A stretch of 37,389 nt of DNA from Hydrurus foetidus (Eukaryota): positions 1 to 37,389 of the forward strand of contig UYFQ01000105.1 in the NCBI GenBank assembly GCA_900617105.1. The letters are read 5' to 3'. Under the pieces are notes generated by a model. That model did no database searches and was not told the origin of the DNA. It was given only the letters and a program-made list of their open reading frames with translations. The translations under genes and the position numbers were made by a program. Each line of letters starts with the position of its first letter. The stretch's first letter is position 1. Shown piece by piece: positions 23,042-35,400 of this stretch.

Positions 23042-24590
23042 TTATCGTTTGTTCTTCTTCTTCGCCTCTTGGTCTGCTAACTCTAGTGCCGCAGCCTCCG
23101 CGGCATCTTCCAATTCTATTTCCCGTATGGCATCAGTAGCTATCCCCGCAACAGTCTTCCCAAATAAATATATTAATCCTCCAGCTCCAGCGTAGAGATA
23201 CCATGGAAAGCCGCTGATTCCCTCGGAGAACAAGGCCTATGGAGTAGGTCATAGATTGTTCTTAATCATCAGTCAAGTATTACATTGAAATGCAAATGCA
23301 CTGTCTTCAACCAATATGCTAGTAACAAACGATAATCATAGTTGTTAGCATTGTAAACTGCTCCTTACCTTCCCTGCTGTGCCAGCATAAACTATACCCA
23401 GAGTCCCTGGAGCAAACCCCAAGAATGTCGCTGTTATGTACGACCTAGAAAGTCCAACAAACAATTGAGGGCATTAAAATCTGCGGACTGATTTTGCGTC
23501 AAGGCGCTTCAACCAAAATATCAACATGATCTCAAAACAGTGGAAAGCAGTCTCTTCCCAAATTCATTTTGGAAAAAGTCTTGCTGCTGCCAGTTCAGGT
23601 ATGTAGCACTCTCATACCAGAAATCAACTGAGGTCAAGCCGTACAAATAATTTGATAGAGCGAATGGCAGCAGTGGAGACATTCTCAGAAGCAGAATGAC
23701 TTTGAATCCTTGTTTCCCAACCGCTGAGTCAATGGCTCTCCACTTCGATGATCCTGTGTGAATGATGAGGGTGGTGGTGAGGGTGAGTACGTCATTGACA
23801 GCTGTGGGGCGTATTGTCAAATTTCTATCAATAAAGTTATTAGTGAATGTTGTCCTTGCCTGACGCGACTTTTTGTGCCCAGTCCCGCAGTAAGGTCCTT
23901 CCTATCAGGAAACTTATTGACGCTGCTATTGTCGCACTCGCCAACACAGTCAAGAAGCCAGGTATGAGCCCAAATAGATAACCACTCGATGCAGTGAGGG
24001 GAAGGGCCGGCACAGCCAGCACTTCCGCGACTATGTATATCTTCATAACAATTGTGAATCAGAGGAGTCAACAAAAGTGCTGTACGCATTATTTACTCCC
24101 ATGATCAGCAGATGAAATACTGGGAATATTTGCAGCTCTTCAATCTTACCGCTGCAAAATATAAATAGCCATAAGGTCCCATATTTTCTATCTTCGATAC
24201 GGACTCCTCAATGACTTGAGTGAAATCGAAGCTTCCAAATTTTCCACTTGCGACAACTGCAGCTGCTGCGGCAAGAACTGTCACGACAGGAATTATGACT
24301 TTCAAATTAAGGGGAGACGGCGTGCTCGTTTCTGTGTCATTTATCTTCTCTAGAGGAGCTGCTTGCATCAACAAGTCGGATTGCTTGTCTTCATAAATTT
24401 GGGGTAGAAGGTGAGCAATATGTGCTGATCTGAGCCTACAGGGTAAAGCCCTTGATACGAGGCCATGTGACAATACGCTTGGTCTTAAATTATAACCGGA
24501 CAAGAGCTGCGTGGATGATGACCAGATCACTACCAAAAAGGGCCAGAATGAAAGCATATTCATCGCTTTAACAATACGAATATTCTCCAA
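23042..24590 (-). CDS. VTT/SNARE-associated (DedA/TVP38-type) membrane protein, 5 exons, likely plastid-targeted
   Basis: GYLFGLIPG, SFLIGR, LLLRMSPLLPFALSNYLYGLT and TFLGFAPGTLGIVYAG motifs; hydrophobic leader. Confidence 0.88.
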
Positions 24591-25300
24591 TGGTCGGGCT
24601 TCTCAAGTCAGAGAACCCTCTGATAAACTTGGCCGGGGCAACTGCCGGTTGCATGCAGATTCTCCTGCAAAAGTTGCGCAACGCTGCCAAGGGATACGAG
24701 GTGGAGGGTGGAGGAGCAGGCAATGCTTCGCCTTCACTGTATACAGCAGCAAAACAAACGGAGGATAGAAGCACGTGCGACAGAGATAAAAGTGAGTGAG
24801 TTGAAGCCGGTTTTGTCAGAACAACACTTTCGTAATTTTCACGGATAACATCGTACGGAAACCGGAAACTGGCACTTCGCGCGTTCGTCACAGCTCTAGG
24901 TCACACACTGAAGGCTGAAGCAGCTAGCTGTATAATGAATGCCCAAATGGCACTTAAAACTCGTCTCATCGATAGATGAAGTTGTTGCATGGTATCTCAC
25001 CATGATTTCTGGCCGACTCTTCGAAAGAAGGCAATATCCAATCCTCAGAAACGGGCTTATTCACGACCGCAAGTGCAGGTGGTCCATAGTGTCGCTGTCT
25101 CCTACAAAACTCTGATTGCTCGTGACATCAGACGCAGGCTGCTGGCTACTCCCTGTCATTGATCAGTCTCGCAAGGTGTCAGGCTCCTGATGTGATTAAC
25201 TCGCAGTAAAATGGGTCTTTTGAAACCATCATTACATTTGAGCTACTGTTGAAATCCTCCATAAATTTACACTATCTTCATCTAATCAGGTGGAATAAAA

Positions 25301-26197
25301 ATGAGCAGCATAATGAAAAATGTATTCTCAAGAGTTCAATCTATGTATTCCAGGGGGCATAGACCATTTAATAAATCTGATCTAGATGCATGTCGCCGGG
25401 TCGACGGTAGCATGTTTTTCAATTATTTGAATCCTGGTATTAGAGTCGAACGCGACTATGTTAGCGAGAACGACGTCAATCAGCTTTTGGTATGCGCCAA
25501 TCAATTGAAGAAAGAGTACGGATTTTCGTCGTCTGAGCCACAGAAAGTTGTGGCGATTGAAGGTGACACTCATAAGGCTCTTGACTTACAAATTGAATCA
25601 TTGAGAGTGACTGGACGACCAGAGATGGAAACTCAAAAGCCTGCGCCTTGGGGATATGGTGATGATTTCAAAATTGAAAATGTTCCCACTGCGCTTCTCC
25701 AACTTGCACAGAAGATTGAAGGAGACAAAGATAATTTCGGAGCGTTACAGCAGCAAACTTTAAGAGATATCACCATCAATTATCGCTCTCGGGGAATGTT
25801 TAAGCTAGACCCTCATTGTGACCCATCCTCTGATGGCGACAATGTCTTCATAATAGGACTACTAAGTGATTGTGTGCTGACCTTCACGCCTCCAGATGCC
25901 ACGGAAGGGAGGCGTTTGAGTTTGGAAGCTGGGGTTAGTTGTGGTGGGGGGACTATGAGGACAGCTGCTGATGCCATTGCGCTACGCAGCTGGACCGACC
26001 ATGATATTGACGTCCTCATGACGAAGAACTCGATTGTTCATTTCTCTGGTGCTGCCAAAACGAAATGGAAGCACGCTATTCGAATTGGACTTGATGTCGG
26101 TGAGCCACATAACGGGATTTGTGACTGGTTTGGAGACTTAGACCACTTAATACTGAGGAGTTCGGAACGTATTTCTATTGTTTTCGCTTTCAAATGA
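25301..26197 (+). CDS. AlkB-like 2OG-Fe(II) dioxygenase
   Basis: Intronless 298-aa ORF with INY, PHCD (HxD), WKHAI and RISIVF motifs. Confidence 0.8.
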   Translation: MSSIMKNVFSRVQSMYSRGHRPFNKSDLDACRRVDGSMFFNYLNPGIRVERDYVSENDVNQLLVCANQLKKEYGFSSSEPQKVVAIEGDTHKALDLQIESLRVTGRPEMETQKPAPWGYGDDFKIENVPTALLQLAQKIEGDKDNFGALQQQTLRDITINYRSRGMFKLDPHCDPSSDGDNVFIIGLLSDCVLTFTPPDATEGRRLSLEAGVSCGGGTMRTAADAIALRSWTDHDIDVLMTKNSIVHFSGAAKTKWKHAIRIGLDVGEPHNGICDWFGDLDHLILRSSERISIVFAFK

Positions 26198-26397
26198 TAG
26201 CACTTTTGTTGCGTCATTGGCTTGAGGTCATTTCTTCTCTGATCGTGTCAGCCAGAAATCTGGCCTTCTGCGCAAGTTGATGGTAAAACGCCCTTGCAAC
26301 ACAATTGAAGATGCCAAGAAAATAAAGTGGGATATTTAATAACAAATGCAATTCCTAATCTGACCGTTTGGTGTGTACTGAAATTGATGGGACACGA

Positions 26398-27254
26398 TTA
26401 CTTTTCTGCACTTGCTTTACCCATGTATTTGCAATCAGCAGTTGACACAATGATCATCTGACCGTTTTCAATGAACATGGGGACGTTAACAGTTGCACCT
26501 CCCTCTACGACAGCGGGTTTCGTTCCGCCTGCGGCACTGTTGCCTTTGAAATTTGGAGGTGTGTCTATGACTTGGTACTCCACTGAAATAGGCAGCTGAA
26601 CATCAATGACCTGCTCGTTCCAGATGCTCACTTGGCAACTTAGTCCAGGCTTAAGCAGCATAACATTGTCGACTTTCTTCATAGGAATTCTCTGTTCCTC
26701 GAATGTTTCCATGTCCATGAAGCAGAGGTTGTCGCCCTCTGTGAATGTGTACTGCATTTCGCCTTTTGTGACCTGAACGACCATTTCATTAAATCGTAAT
26801 TTCGTTAAATTTCGTTTTTTATCATGCTTGAGGGCAATCTCGTTACATAGCAGTTACCTCAGCTGACGAGACGTTTTCTCCGGCGCGGAAAGTGCGCTCT
26901 TGTACGCTGCCGTTGACTAGATTCTTAATCTTTGTTCGTACAAATGCTGACCCTTTGCCGGGCTTCACGTGCAAGAACTCGAGCATTCTAACGGGAACAC
27001 CATCTGTAGCCAATATGGTCGAACCATTAAATCTATCAAGAGCCTTAAATGGCATTTAGTTGAGGATAGTTGTGCTAACCTATTTCTAATGTCATTCCAT
27101 TCTTGAAGTCGGCAGTATTCAGGAACCTACGGGTTAATGAGTTCTGGGTTGTTCTCGACTGGGAAATAGCCGAGAAGGGTTTCGATAGAAGGAATGATTG
27201 GACAAATATTGTCGGTAAGGTCAGCAGGCAAACGGCAAGGATTCTCGACATCAT
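26398..27254 (-). CDS. efp: Plastid-targeted elongation factor P (exons 27254-27080, 27003-26858, 26772-26398)
   Basis: [27 protein letters not shown] and VPMFI motifs; signal peptide plus transit-like leader (VQS-FLL); GT-AG introns in phase. Confidence 0.95.
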
Positions 27255-27978
27255 TTTCGGATTTTCTCCTCACTGTGAGGTAAGAAAAATGCTAAAGGAG
27301 ATTTCTTTAGTACGCTGAAGACCCTTGGTTGAATCTGGGTGCAATCAACCGATGAACGACCCATGATCGGTGAAGATATCAAGCGGCTACGAAAAATCAA
27401 AAATCAGAACAAAGCGGACAGCCGGTTCTCTTGGTCGGGGTCGTACGGTCGTACTGCTGCCTGGGATTTACAGTAACAGCGGTTGTTAGCTCACAATTCA
27501 CTTATTAAGATTGTGTGCAATAGCCATATCTAAGGTTACTTTGAGATACTGCATGAGAATCTCTTAATGGAGTGGATTTCTTAATCACGAAGGCACACAT
27601 TTCTTTGATCTGAATCCTACGATTAATCCCCCAACTGCTCGTGTAATGCCCGCATTTATTAAACCACTGACAAATACTTAAGAATCGGACTGCACGGATG
27701 TCGTATTCCTATATCATGTAGAGAAGAAATCGTGAACAGATTGCATAATATCGTTCTCAAAATTCATTGATAAGATACACGTCTCCTCCGTAGATACGAG
27801 AAGTTATCCACGAAATACTCATATCCGGTTGGGACACATTCTTCCAATATTTCATAAAAATTAGTGGAGAAAAAGACACTACCAAGTCGTGAATGGTGAT
27901 GCATTCACAGATAAATTTTGTGCAAATACCTAAACCTAAACAAATCATGTAAAAAAGGAGGGTAATCTATTGTGAAAT

Positions 27979-30914
27979 CTACGCAAGTCTCTCAACTCCA
28001 TTGAAAACTGCAGCATCCATTTCTTCCCTCGGTGCTCTTCTTTTATGCCAGAGTTCAAATTGCTCCATGCCTTGTTCTAGGAGCATGGTGGCGCCTTGCA
28101 CGAAGAGGCACTCTTTCTCTATCGCCTGAATTGAAATAGCGAAATAATGAAATAAGAAGTTATTAGTGCATATCCCGCAATGAAATGTGATATTGTAGGG
28201 CATCGCAGAAGAGAGGTTCAGTGGAAGGTGTTCGCGGCATATTCAGCTGTGATATATTGAAGCACCTGAGCTATCAGCTTCGTCATGGCTGGTTTATACA
28301 CCACATCGAATATGACTGGTGGAGACGCCGTTTCGAGGAGTTGTGGAGGGAGGGTGAACCCCACCTGGGCAGGGAGGGTGGAGATCACTACCTAAAAGAT
28401 ATTGAGAACTTGTCAGCACCATCTCTATCAGTGCTTCACTCATTCAAGTGATTCAACTTTTTCAAAGGTGACGCAGTGGCTGCAGTGCAGCAGTCATACG
28501 AAGCAAAGCACTAATGCGACTAAATTGACAGCACGAGTCATCCATCTCAGTACCTGTAGAATCGAAGGCTCCATGGTACTCATTTCTTCGAAAGAAATCG
28601 ATCGCCCTCCAAATCTAATCCGGAGATTTAAAATAACTTAAGAAGGTCGATTGCATACATAGAAATCTATATGCAAATGACATGGGGATGTAGGGGCAGT
28701 ATGTGTGGTGTGGTGCGCATGTGTTAAAGATTACTTACAAAGCGGCAACCTCCTCTGCTTTCTCCGGTGTTCTATTGTGCACCACCAAGTCTAGACCTGC
28801 ATTGAACGTAATCGTAATGAGAAGCAATCTCATAAGATGCTTGTGAAATTCTCTAGATTGGATCTTTTAGACTTCATACAGCTCTGTGCAAGTCAATGAG
28901 CTCTCAGGCTGTAAAGTGTAGTGATGAGACGAGAAGAGGGATGCAGCCATACCTAAGTCCTTCACTACGTAACAAGCTGCCTTCGCTGTTCCCCCAGCTC
29001 CGATCACAAGCCCCACAGACCTCTTTCTATCTCCACTAGTGACGTCATCGTTCTGCCACTTCCCGCCCCTAGCCACTAACTGACGCAAGAGGGGTCTCTT
29101 GATGCCCAGCCAGTCGGTGTTATACCCTATCAGCCGTGTGACAGCCTCACCATCAGAACCGACAGTCACCTCTGGCACAATAGTGTTAACTGCACCGATG
29201 CTCACAGCTGCTCCTCTGACTTCTTGGATCAAGGGGATGATGGTTTCCTTGTGAGGAATAGTCACTGATGCACCTCCAAATGTGGGCTGGGAAATAAGAG
29301 CAGAGTAGTCAGTTGCTAAGGCCTCTTCTCTAAGGCTGTATTTGTGAGGAAGGCGCAGAGCTTTGAATGCTCCATTGTGCATAGCCGGAGATAAAGACTG
29401 TTGAATTGGAGTGCCGAACAAGAAGTATTCTTTGGGAACGCATAATCCTTCTCCAACTCTAGCATCCATCAGCTGATCCACTGTCAGTTGACCCGGTGCA
29501 GCAACAGCCATGAGGGCATGTGTCACAGGGGTGAATCTTCTATTCAGCACTCTGCTGCGAGCACCTGCAGCACCGAGACACAATCCGATATACGGTTTGT
29601 CTCCAGCGACAGCAGCCCCTGAGGTGTGTATCAGTTCACAGTCCGCGTCAGTGGCCGCACCTGTCACAGCCTTCAACACGTTAGCACTTCCATTTAGTGA
29701 ACAGTCCTGGAAGATCTTATCTATCTCCTCTCTAGTCTGGGGTGTTGTCACATGATAGCTTCCGAGTAAACGGGAGGTTGTAGCGTATTCCTTAACGGCA
29801 AGAGCTGTAAATGCTGACACTTGATCATCAGGCCAGCATGCTTCCACATCGACCCATTCCGCACCAGCTCTCAAACCCTCCCTTAACAAGCTGAATATTC
29901 TCTCTGGCTCAGGGGGGAATTTGCCTATTTGACCGATAGAACGCACGGTGAATACAATTGGGAGTGGACATGTATCCCTCAGTAACGCTACTTGTCTGTG
30001 CAAAGATCGAACGGACATATCTTCTAAAAGATCGACACGCAGCTCAAAAGCATCTGCCCCAATTCGAAGCGCTGGTAGCGCATGTAAAGCTTTATCAATG
30101 CTTGGGAACGTCAAGGAGACGAAATGCGACCATTCTCCAGCGTCCAGTAGTGTATCAGCAGTACTTGGAGGAGGTGACCGAATGCGCTGAATCAGCTTTT
30201 TCAGTCTGTTCCCTGCGGCAGAGAAGTCGTCAGCCTCATCTTTATACTTTCTTTCTCCATTAGATACTGATAAATACATGTCGTAGCGGCACGAAAGTCT
30301 GACAATGTTTGCGGCTGTGGAGAGAGCGAAATCATCACTCGGTGCGTCCTCCATAAGGTAAATTGAATTTGTCTGGTATTGCAAGGTTTGCAGAGTGAGA
30401 GATTGATAAGCAGTCGGATTCTCGCCCATCATTGACTACTAACGTAAGAAATCGTTACCTTCACTAGTTTATGACTGTTGACTTCAGTTATGCTACTTGC
30501 ATCGACAACTATGATGGGCTTCCTCGATCCGCTTGCCTCCAGTGCGTCAACACCCAGTATCTGCAGTTCGAAGTTGTTTCGAGATGAAAAATCCCTCAGA
30601 AATCTCTCGCTACTGTCAGTCCTGCTGAACACAAGAACTGTTTGAAGGGAGTTTACAATGTTAAGAATGAATTATAACCACTGTATATAGATACGCGATG
30701 CAATTCCTTAATGTTTAGACTGTCACTCTCATCGAATCCTTATCTCACCGATTCTGGGATCATTTTCCACTGTATCATCCATAGAGGATAGTAACTGATG
30801 ACTTCCTGAGAGTTGAGAAACTCTACGGCCATTAACCAGCGAGCGAAGATGTACAAATCCTTCAATTGCGACAGCATGCAGCAAAAAGAGGCAGTTTGTC
30901 AGCCAAAACTTCAT
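27979..30914 (-). CDS. Plastid-targeted type I 3-dehydroquinate dehydratase / shikimate dehydrogenase fusion, 7 predicted exons
   Basis: ELRVDLL, PIVFTVR and APGQL (DHQase I); SLSPAMHN, VTIPHK, GAVNT, NTDWLG, GAGGTAKA, NRT, DVVY and QG.EQF.LW (SDH). Leader MKFWL..AIEG-F at 30914. Introns include 30748-30638, 30458-30373 and 28952-28797. Confidence 0.92.
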
Positions 30915-31113
30915 CGCAGAAGCCCAATGAAGTGGACAGGCTCTAGCAACTCGAAAGGGAAGTGATGCAATACAGTTTGTGCATTGTCGACGGTGAAGTC
31001 TGCTGCGACCAGTGTTGGGATATCCGGATTTTAGACTAGGATCTTGTACCTTATGTGATGAATGATTGTTTTCATGCACGGGTGTACGTACATTCAGAGA
31101 TAACATTGACCGC

Positions 31114-31302
31114 TGTGGCCTAGAGGGGTCTAGGCTAGGATGGGGAAAGGTCTTGCTTAGGTTAGGTACGGTAGGAAAACAACTGGCAAACGCTAGGAAA
31201 CATCCTAATGCATGGCTAGAAGTCTACCTAGAAGTCTACGGAGTTTAGGTGTACCTAGAGACGGAATCGGGTCCAAGGTCCCTAGGACCCCAGACGGCTA
31301 CA
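31114..31302 (-). repeat. 3' LTR of E3 (~189 bp)
   Basis: Element strand reads TGTAGCC...TAGGCCACA after PPT-like AAGTGGGGGTAG; same terminal TAGGCCACA as E1. Second LTR copy is not available to confirm. Confidence 0.8.
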
Positions 31303-31363
31303 CTACCCCCACTTATTTCTCATTTCAACAAAAATTGAATCAATTTTTCAGAGAATAAGAACT

Positions 31364-31530
31364 AGGCTAGCGCTTGTAGGAAGGGCATCAAGACTAACGC
31401 TTCTTAAGGAAGAGTACATAATAAAAATTATTCGACTTTTTTTTTCCTTTTTTTTAATTAACTAAACTAACGCTTCTTGTGAAGGGTGCGGAAACTAAGT
31501 AGACTAACGCTTCGGAAGGAAGGGCATAAC
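31364..31530. repeat. Four imperfect ~25-nt repeats in the E3 3' UTR
   Basis: CTA(A/G)CGCTT-N3-6-GAAG(G/A)G at ~31367, 31393, 31467 and 31504. Confidence 0.75.
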
Positions 31531-31698
31531 TCAAAACAAAGGTTAAACAATTTATGAACAAAATGTGAAAGGAGGGAGGTGTGCCGAGTGAACTCCTCGT
31601 GAATGATTATGTCAGATTCTTACTGACTAACTTCCATAAAAAAAAACTCAATTGAAATTGAGGCCAAAAAATTTAGGAGTAATCTTCATAGATATCAT

Positions 31699-34600
31699 TC
31701 ACGAATTCTCCATTAAAGAGGAGGGCGCAAGACGGAACTCTCTTGGAATAACATTTAACATGTTGTTTCCGCGCAGATACTTATGAAGTTGATCTGTCGA
31801 GCGCATGGACTTCCAAGGTTCCCATGAAATATGCGATGAATCATAGTTCAACCACTTTACATAAAACTTCATTGTGGATAGAGCTTTTTCGTTTCCAATA
31901 TGTGAAATAACTGCTTCAATGAAAAACTCCATGTAGTCACGACGAGCTGTGTCAGTCGGAGATTTCTGAGTCGGATTAAACTTGAAAAGTTTCAATTGAC
32001 TAGCATGAACCTCACGTGTTTTCTTCGTGATAAGATTCTGAAAAGTGTATTCGCTTTTATCAAAGCGTATAACTTTAAAATGGCCAAGCCACTGACAGTG
32101 TACTCTAGTCTCTGTACCCTTAGGGTTGAGAGCTACTGTTCTTGGCTCAGTATTAACTGAAACGCGTCTAGCGTCAGCAGTCATCAACTGGGTTCTAGCC
32201 GCAGTGTTGAGTTGTTGTTGTATAAGCAACATATTTGCTATAATAGTCGACGCTCTAGTCGGTAGTAGATTTGGGTCAGGAAATCTAATCAAGATACCTC
32301 TATCCAGGTTCAATTGATTTCCGAACAGCAGACTAGCTGGTGAAGCTCCTGTACTAGAATGTACAGAACTGTTTATTATTCTTTGCACAAAAGGCAGGCA
32401 AAGCTTATAAGCATTAAGATTTGTTAAATCAAAAGTAAACGCACGTAAGTGTCGATTAACCTCTTTATTAACCCTTTCCACAATGGCGTTCTCTTGCTTG
32501 GAGTATGCCAGGGTAAGATTGTGGGGGGTACCCGTACGGAGTAAAAATTCTCGTACGGTATCATTCATGAAATGAGATCCACGGTCTGATCGGATCATGC
32601 TGGGTGCACCGAATCTTCCAAAGAATTGGAGTAAACATTCACATGCAGAATGTGCTGTGTTATCAGCACACCAGTAAAGTTCAGTCCAACGAGTGTGCGA
32701 GCAAATCATGACTAATACATATCCCCCGTCGGGGTATGGACCTATGTAGTCAATGTTGACTGTATCAAACGGTCTATATGTAGACGTTGTATATTTGTGA
32801 ATGTGAACAGGGATTTTGATCACACTCATCTTTTGATCGCAGGTGCTGATAAAGTCTCTAACATGAGCCTCCACGTCGAGCTATTCTTCGTCTAAACTGG
32901 ATAGTTTACTAACGGTACGAGCAACGCCACCATGTCCCACCATGGAATTATGACACATTTCGATTGCCTCGACTTGTAACTCGGTAACTGGTGCAAGTTC
33001 ATGCAGAGCAGATAGATGAACTTGTAGTTCTACCTCTTGAGTAGGTGGCTGAAGAACAACTAATTGTGTTAAATTAGGACGTAGTCTCGAAAGTGCATCG
33101 GCTATGAATTTATTTGTGCCAGAAACATAGTTTACTGCATAATCAAGCTCTTGTAGAGCCATTGACCAACGGTTAACCATTGCAGATGGATCTGAATTGA
33201 TCAAAATAAGATTCTTGTGACCAGTATGAATCATAAATTTCCTTTCCCCAAGGAGAGAGTCCAATTGCTTGCAGCAATAGTAAATAGCATAAGCTTCTTT
33301 TTGAATGATTGACCATTTTACTTGTGTTGCGCTAAGCGACTTGCTCACAAATAAGATTGGATTCTTAACTAAATTCACGACGGGGAATAGTACTCCACCT
33401 ATTCCATAATCGGATGCATCAGTAAACAGCTCGATGGGAGATACTTCATCTAAAAAATGAAGAAGCGGGCAGCGGGATATGGCTTTTCTTATTGCAAAGA
33501 AAGACTTATCTGCCTGTTCGTTCCAGTCAATTTTAGATTTTTTACGCCCTTTAGGGTCGATCATCTTTTGAAGTGGAGCAACTATGTCGGCATGAAAGAG
33601 AACAAAGTTCCTGAAGTAGTTCGCCAAGCCCAATAAACTTCAAAAAGAAGTAAGGGTCATGGGTTTCGGGAAATTTAAAACCGTTTCTATCTTCTCTTTA
33701 GACATAGAAATGCCTTGAGAAGAGATTTGTCGACCGACATAATCGATTTGGGTCATACTCAATCTACATTTCTTTGCTTTAAGCAGTAAACCAAAACAAC
33801 GAAAACGTCGAAAGACTCGCTCTAGTCTCTCCAGGAACTCATCCTGACCTCGTGCAAAGACGATACAATCGTCTAAGTACATTTCACATGAAATGTAAAT
33901 GAGTCCATTGAGGACTATAGTCGCCATCATCTCTTGGAAGTAAGAGGGGGCTACCTAGGGGAAGAGGTCTGGTGAATTGGTATACACCATAATAGCAAAT
34001 AAATGCAGTCAGGACCCTGGATGCATGATCCATAGGTGCCTGATGGTAGCCTGAAGTTAGATCCATAACTCCGAATATGTCTGGCTGTTGATGGCCGATT
34101 CGCTCGAAAAGAGCCCGAATGTTCGGCAGCGGCCAGCTGGCAGCCTCGGTGCATTTATTTAGATTTTGGTAGTCAATGCGAAATCTGTATAAATCAGCTG
34201 TTCTCTGTACTATGACAGGATGGCTATAATAAACCGCCGTCGATTCTTCAATGACTCCCGAGCGCAACATCTCATCGATGGCTCGTTTTATCTCACGTTC
34301 TTTTCGAACGGTTTGCAGACGCAAGGCAGTCCCACTTCTAGGACTTTCCCATTCTCTCTTGTTGATTTTTATAACAAAGGGAGGAAGTCTAGCAGGTTTA
34401 GCTGCTAGTTTATCGCTAAATATGTCTGCGTATTTAAGACAGAGTCCTCTAATAGGTAATTGTTGGTGTTCCGTCCCTTCAATTGTTATTTGTGACTAAA
34501 AGTCCTCTGGCCCTATAGGCGAAGCATTCTGCTTAATGTGATTAGGCAAGAATGGGAGAAAAGTATCGGTCTTCTCATTATCTATCTCGTCTGAAGAGAT

Positions 34601-35400
34601 TACGATACCACTAGGTGTTTCCACTCTAGCGTCTGTTTTGGCACTGTCTACCATTTCACATAAATGTGCTAGGGTGTACGTTCGCAGACGTAGATCACCA
34701 CCATGAGTCGATACATGGCCACAACTGTCACACATAGTTTCAGCCCCAGAGGTGCTTGGTTGACTAGAGCATCCGACATCAAAACAGCGAGCTACTCTGT
34801 TAAAGTCTGTTTTGTGGAGTGGCATGGTACTATGACCAGAATAAGGACGTGCCAATTCACCCTTCTTGCCCTCACGTATGGACGGAATGCCCTCCGCAGC
34901 TAATAAAACTTCCATTCTTTTGAATGAGTTTATCACATTAGGCATCCCGATTTCAAAGGGGGTCAAAGTGAAGAAATCATAACTCCCAAAACTCAAAGTG
35001 AAGAAGAGTTGGTCGACCCAAAATTAAATCGATGGTGTTAGGAATAATCCTCACTGTTAAAAATATCGTTTTAATTAACAGGGTGTTCGTGACAAAAATC
35101 ATGCCTATATCGATTACTTAGTCTCTAAACATATAGTGAGTGGTTTATAAGACGTGTAAAGAAACTCATCTCCGTGACTGTTATGTACAAAAGTTTGACT
35201 AATAAAGTCGCCGGGGAGGCTCCCGGTATCCAGGAGAGTCTTCGCCAGAACCCTTTGGGGCCTATGGCTTTGGGGGTAGTTGGTGGGGTACGTATGGGTT
35301 GTGACCCTGACCCCATTCCTGACTCTGCTTAGCTGATTTACAAAAATCCAAGCAGACAAAAAATTAGAATCCATGTCTATTTTAGTCAGGGATACTGCTA
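31699..35400 (-). pseudogene. pol: E3 pol (PR, RT, RNase H, integrase, chromodomain), frameshifted
   Basis: ORF pieces 35114-35374, 33884-34324, 33640-33930, 32881-33633 and 31699-32874 carry the canonical motifs. Confidence 0.92.

Noticed and set aside
31364..31530. CRISPR-like array
   Set aside because: Degenerate repeats, irregular spacing, eukaryotic retrotransposon context, no cas genes.
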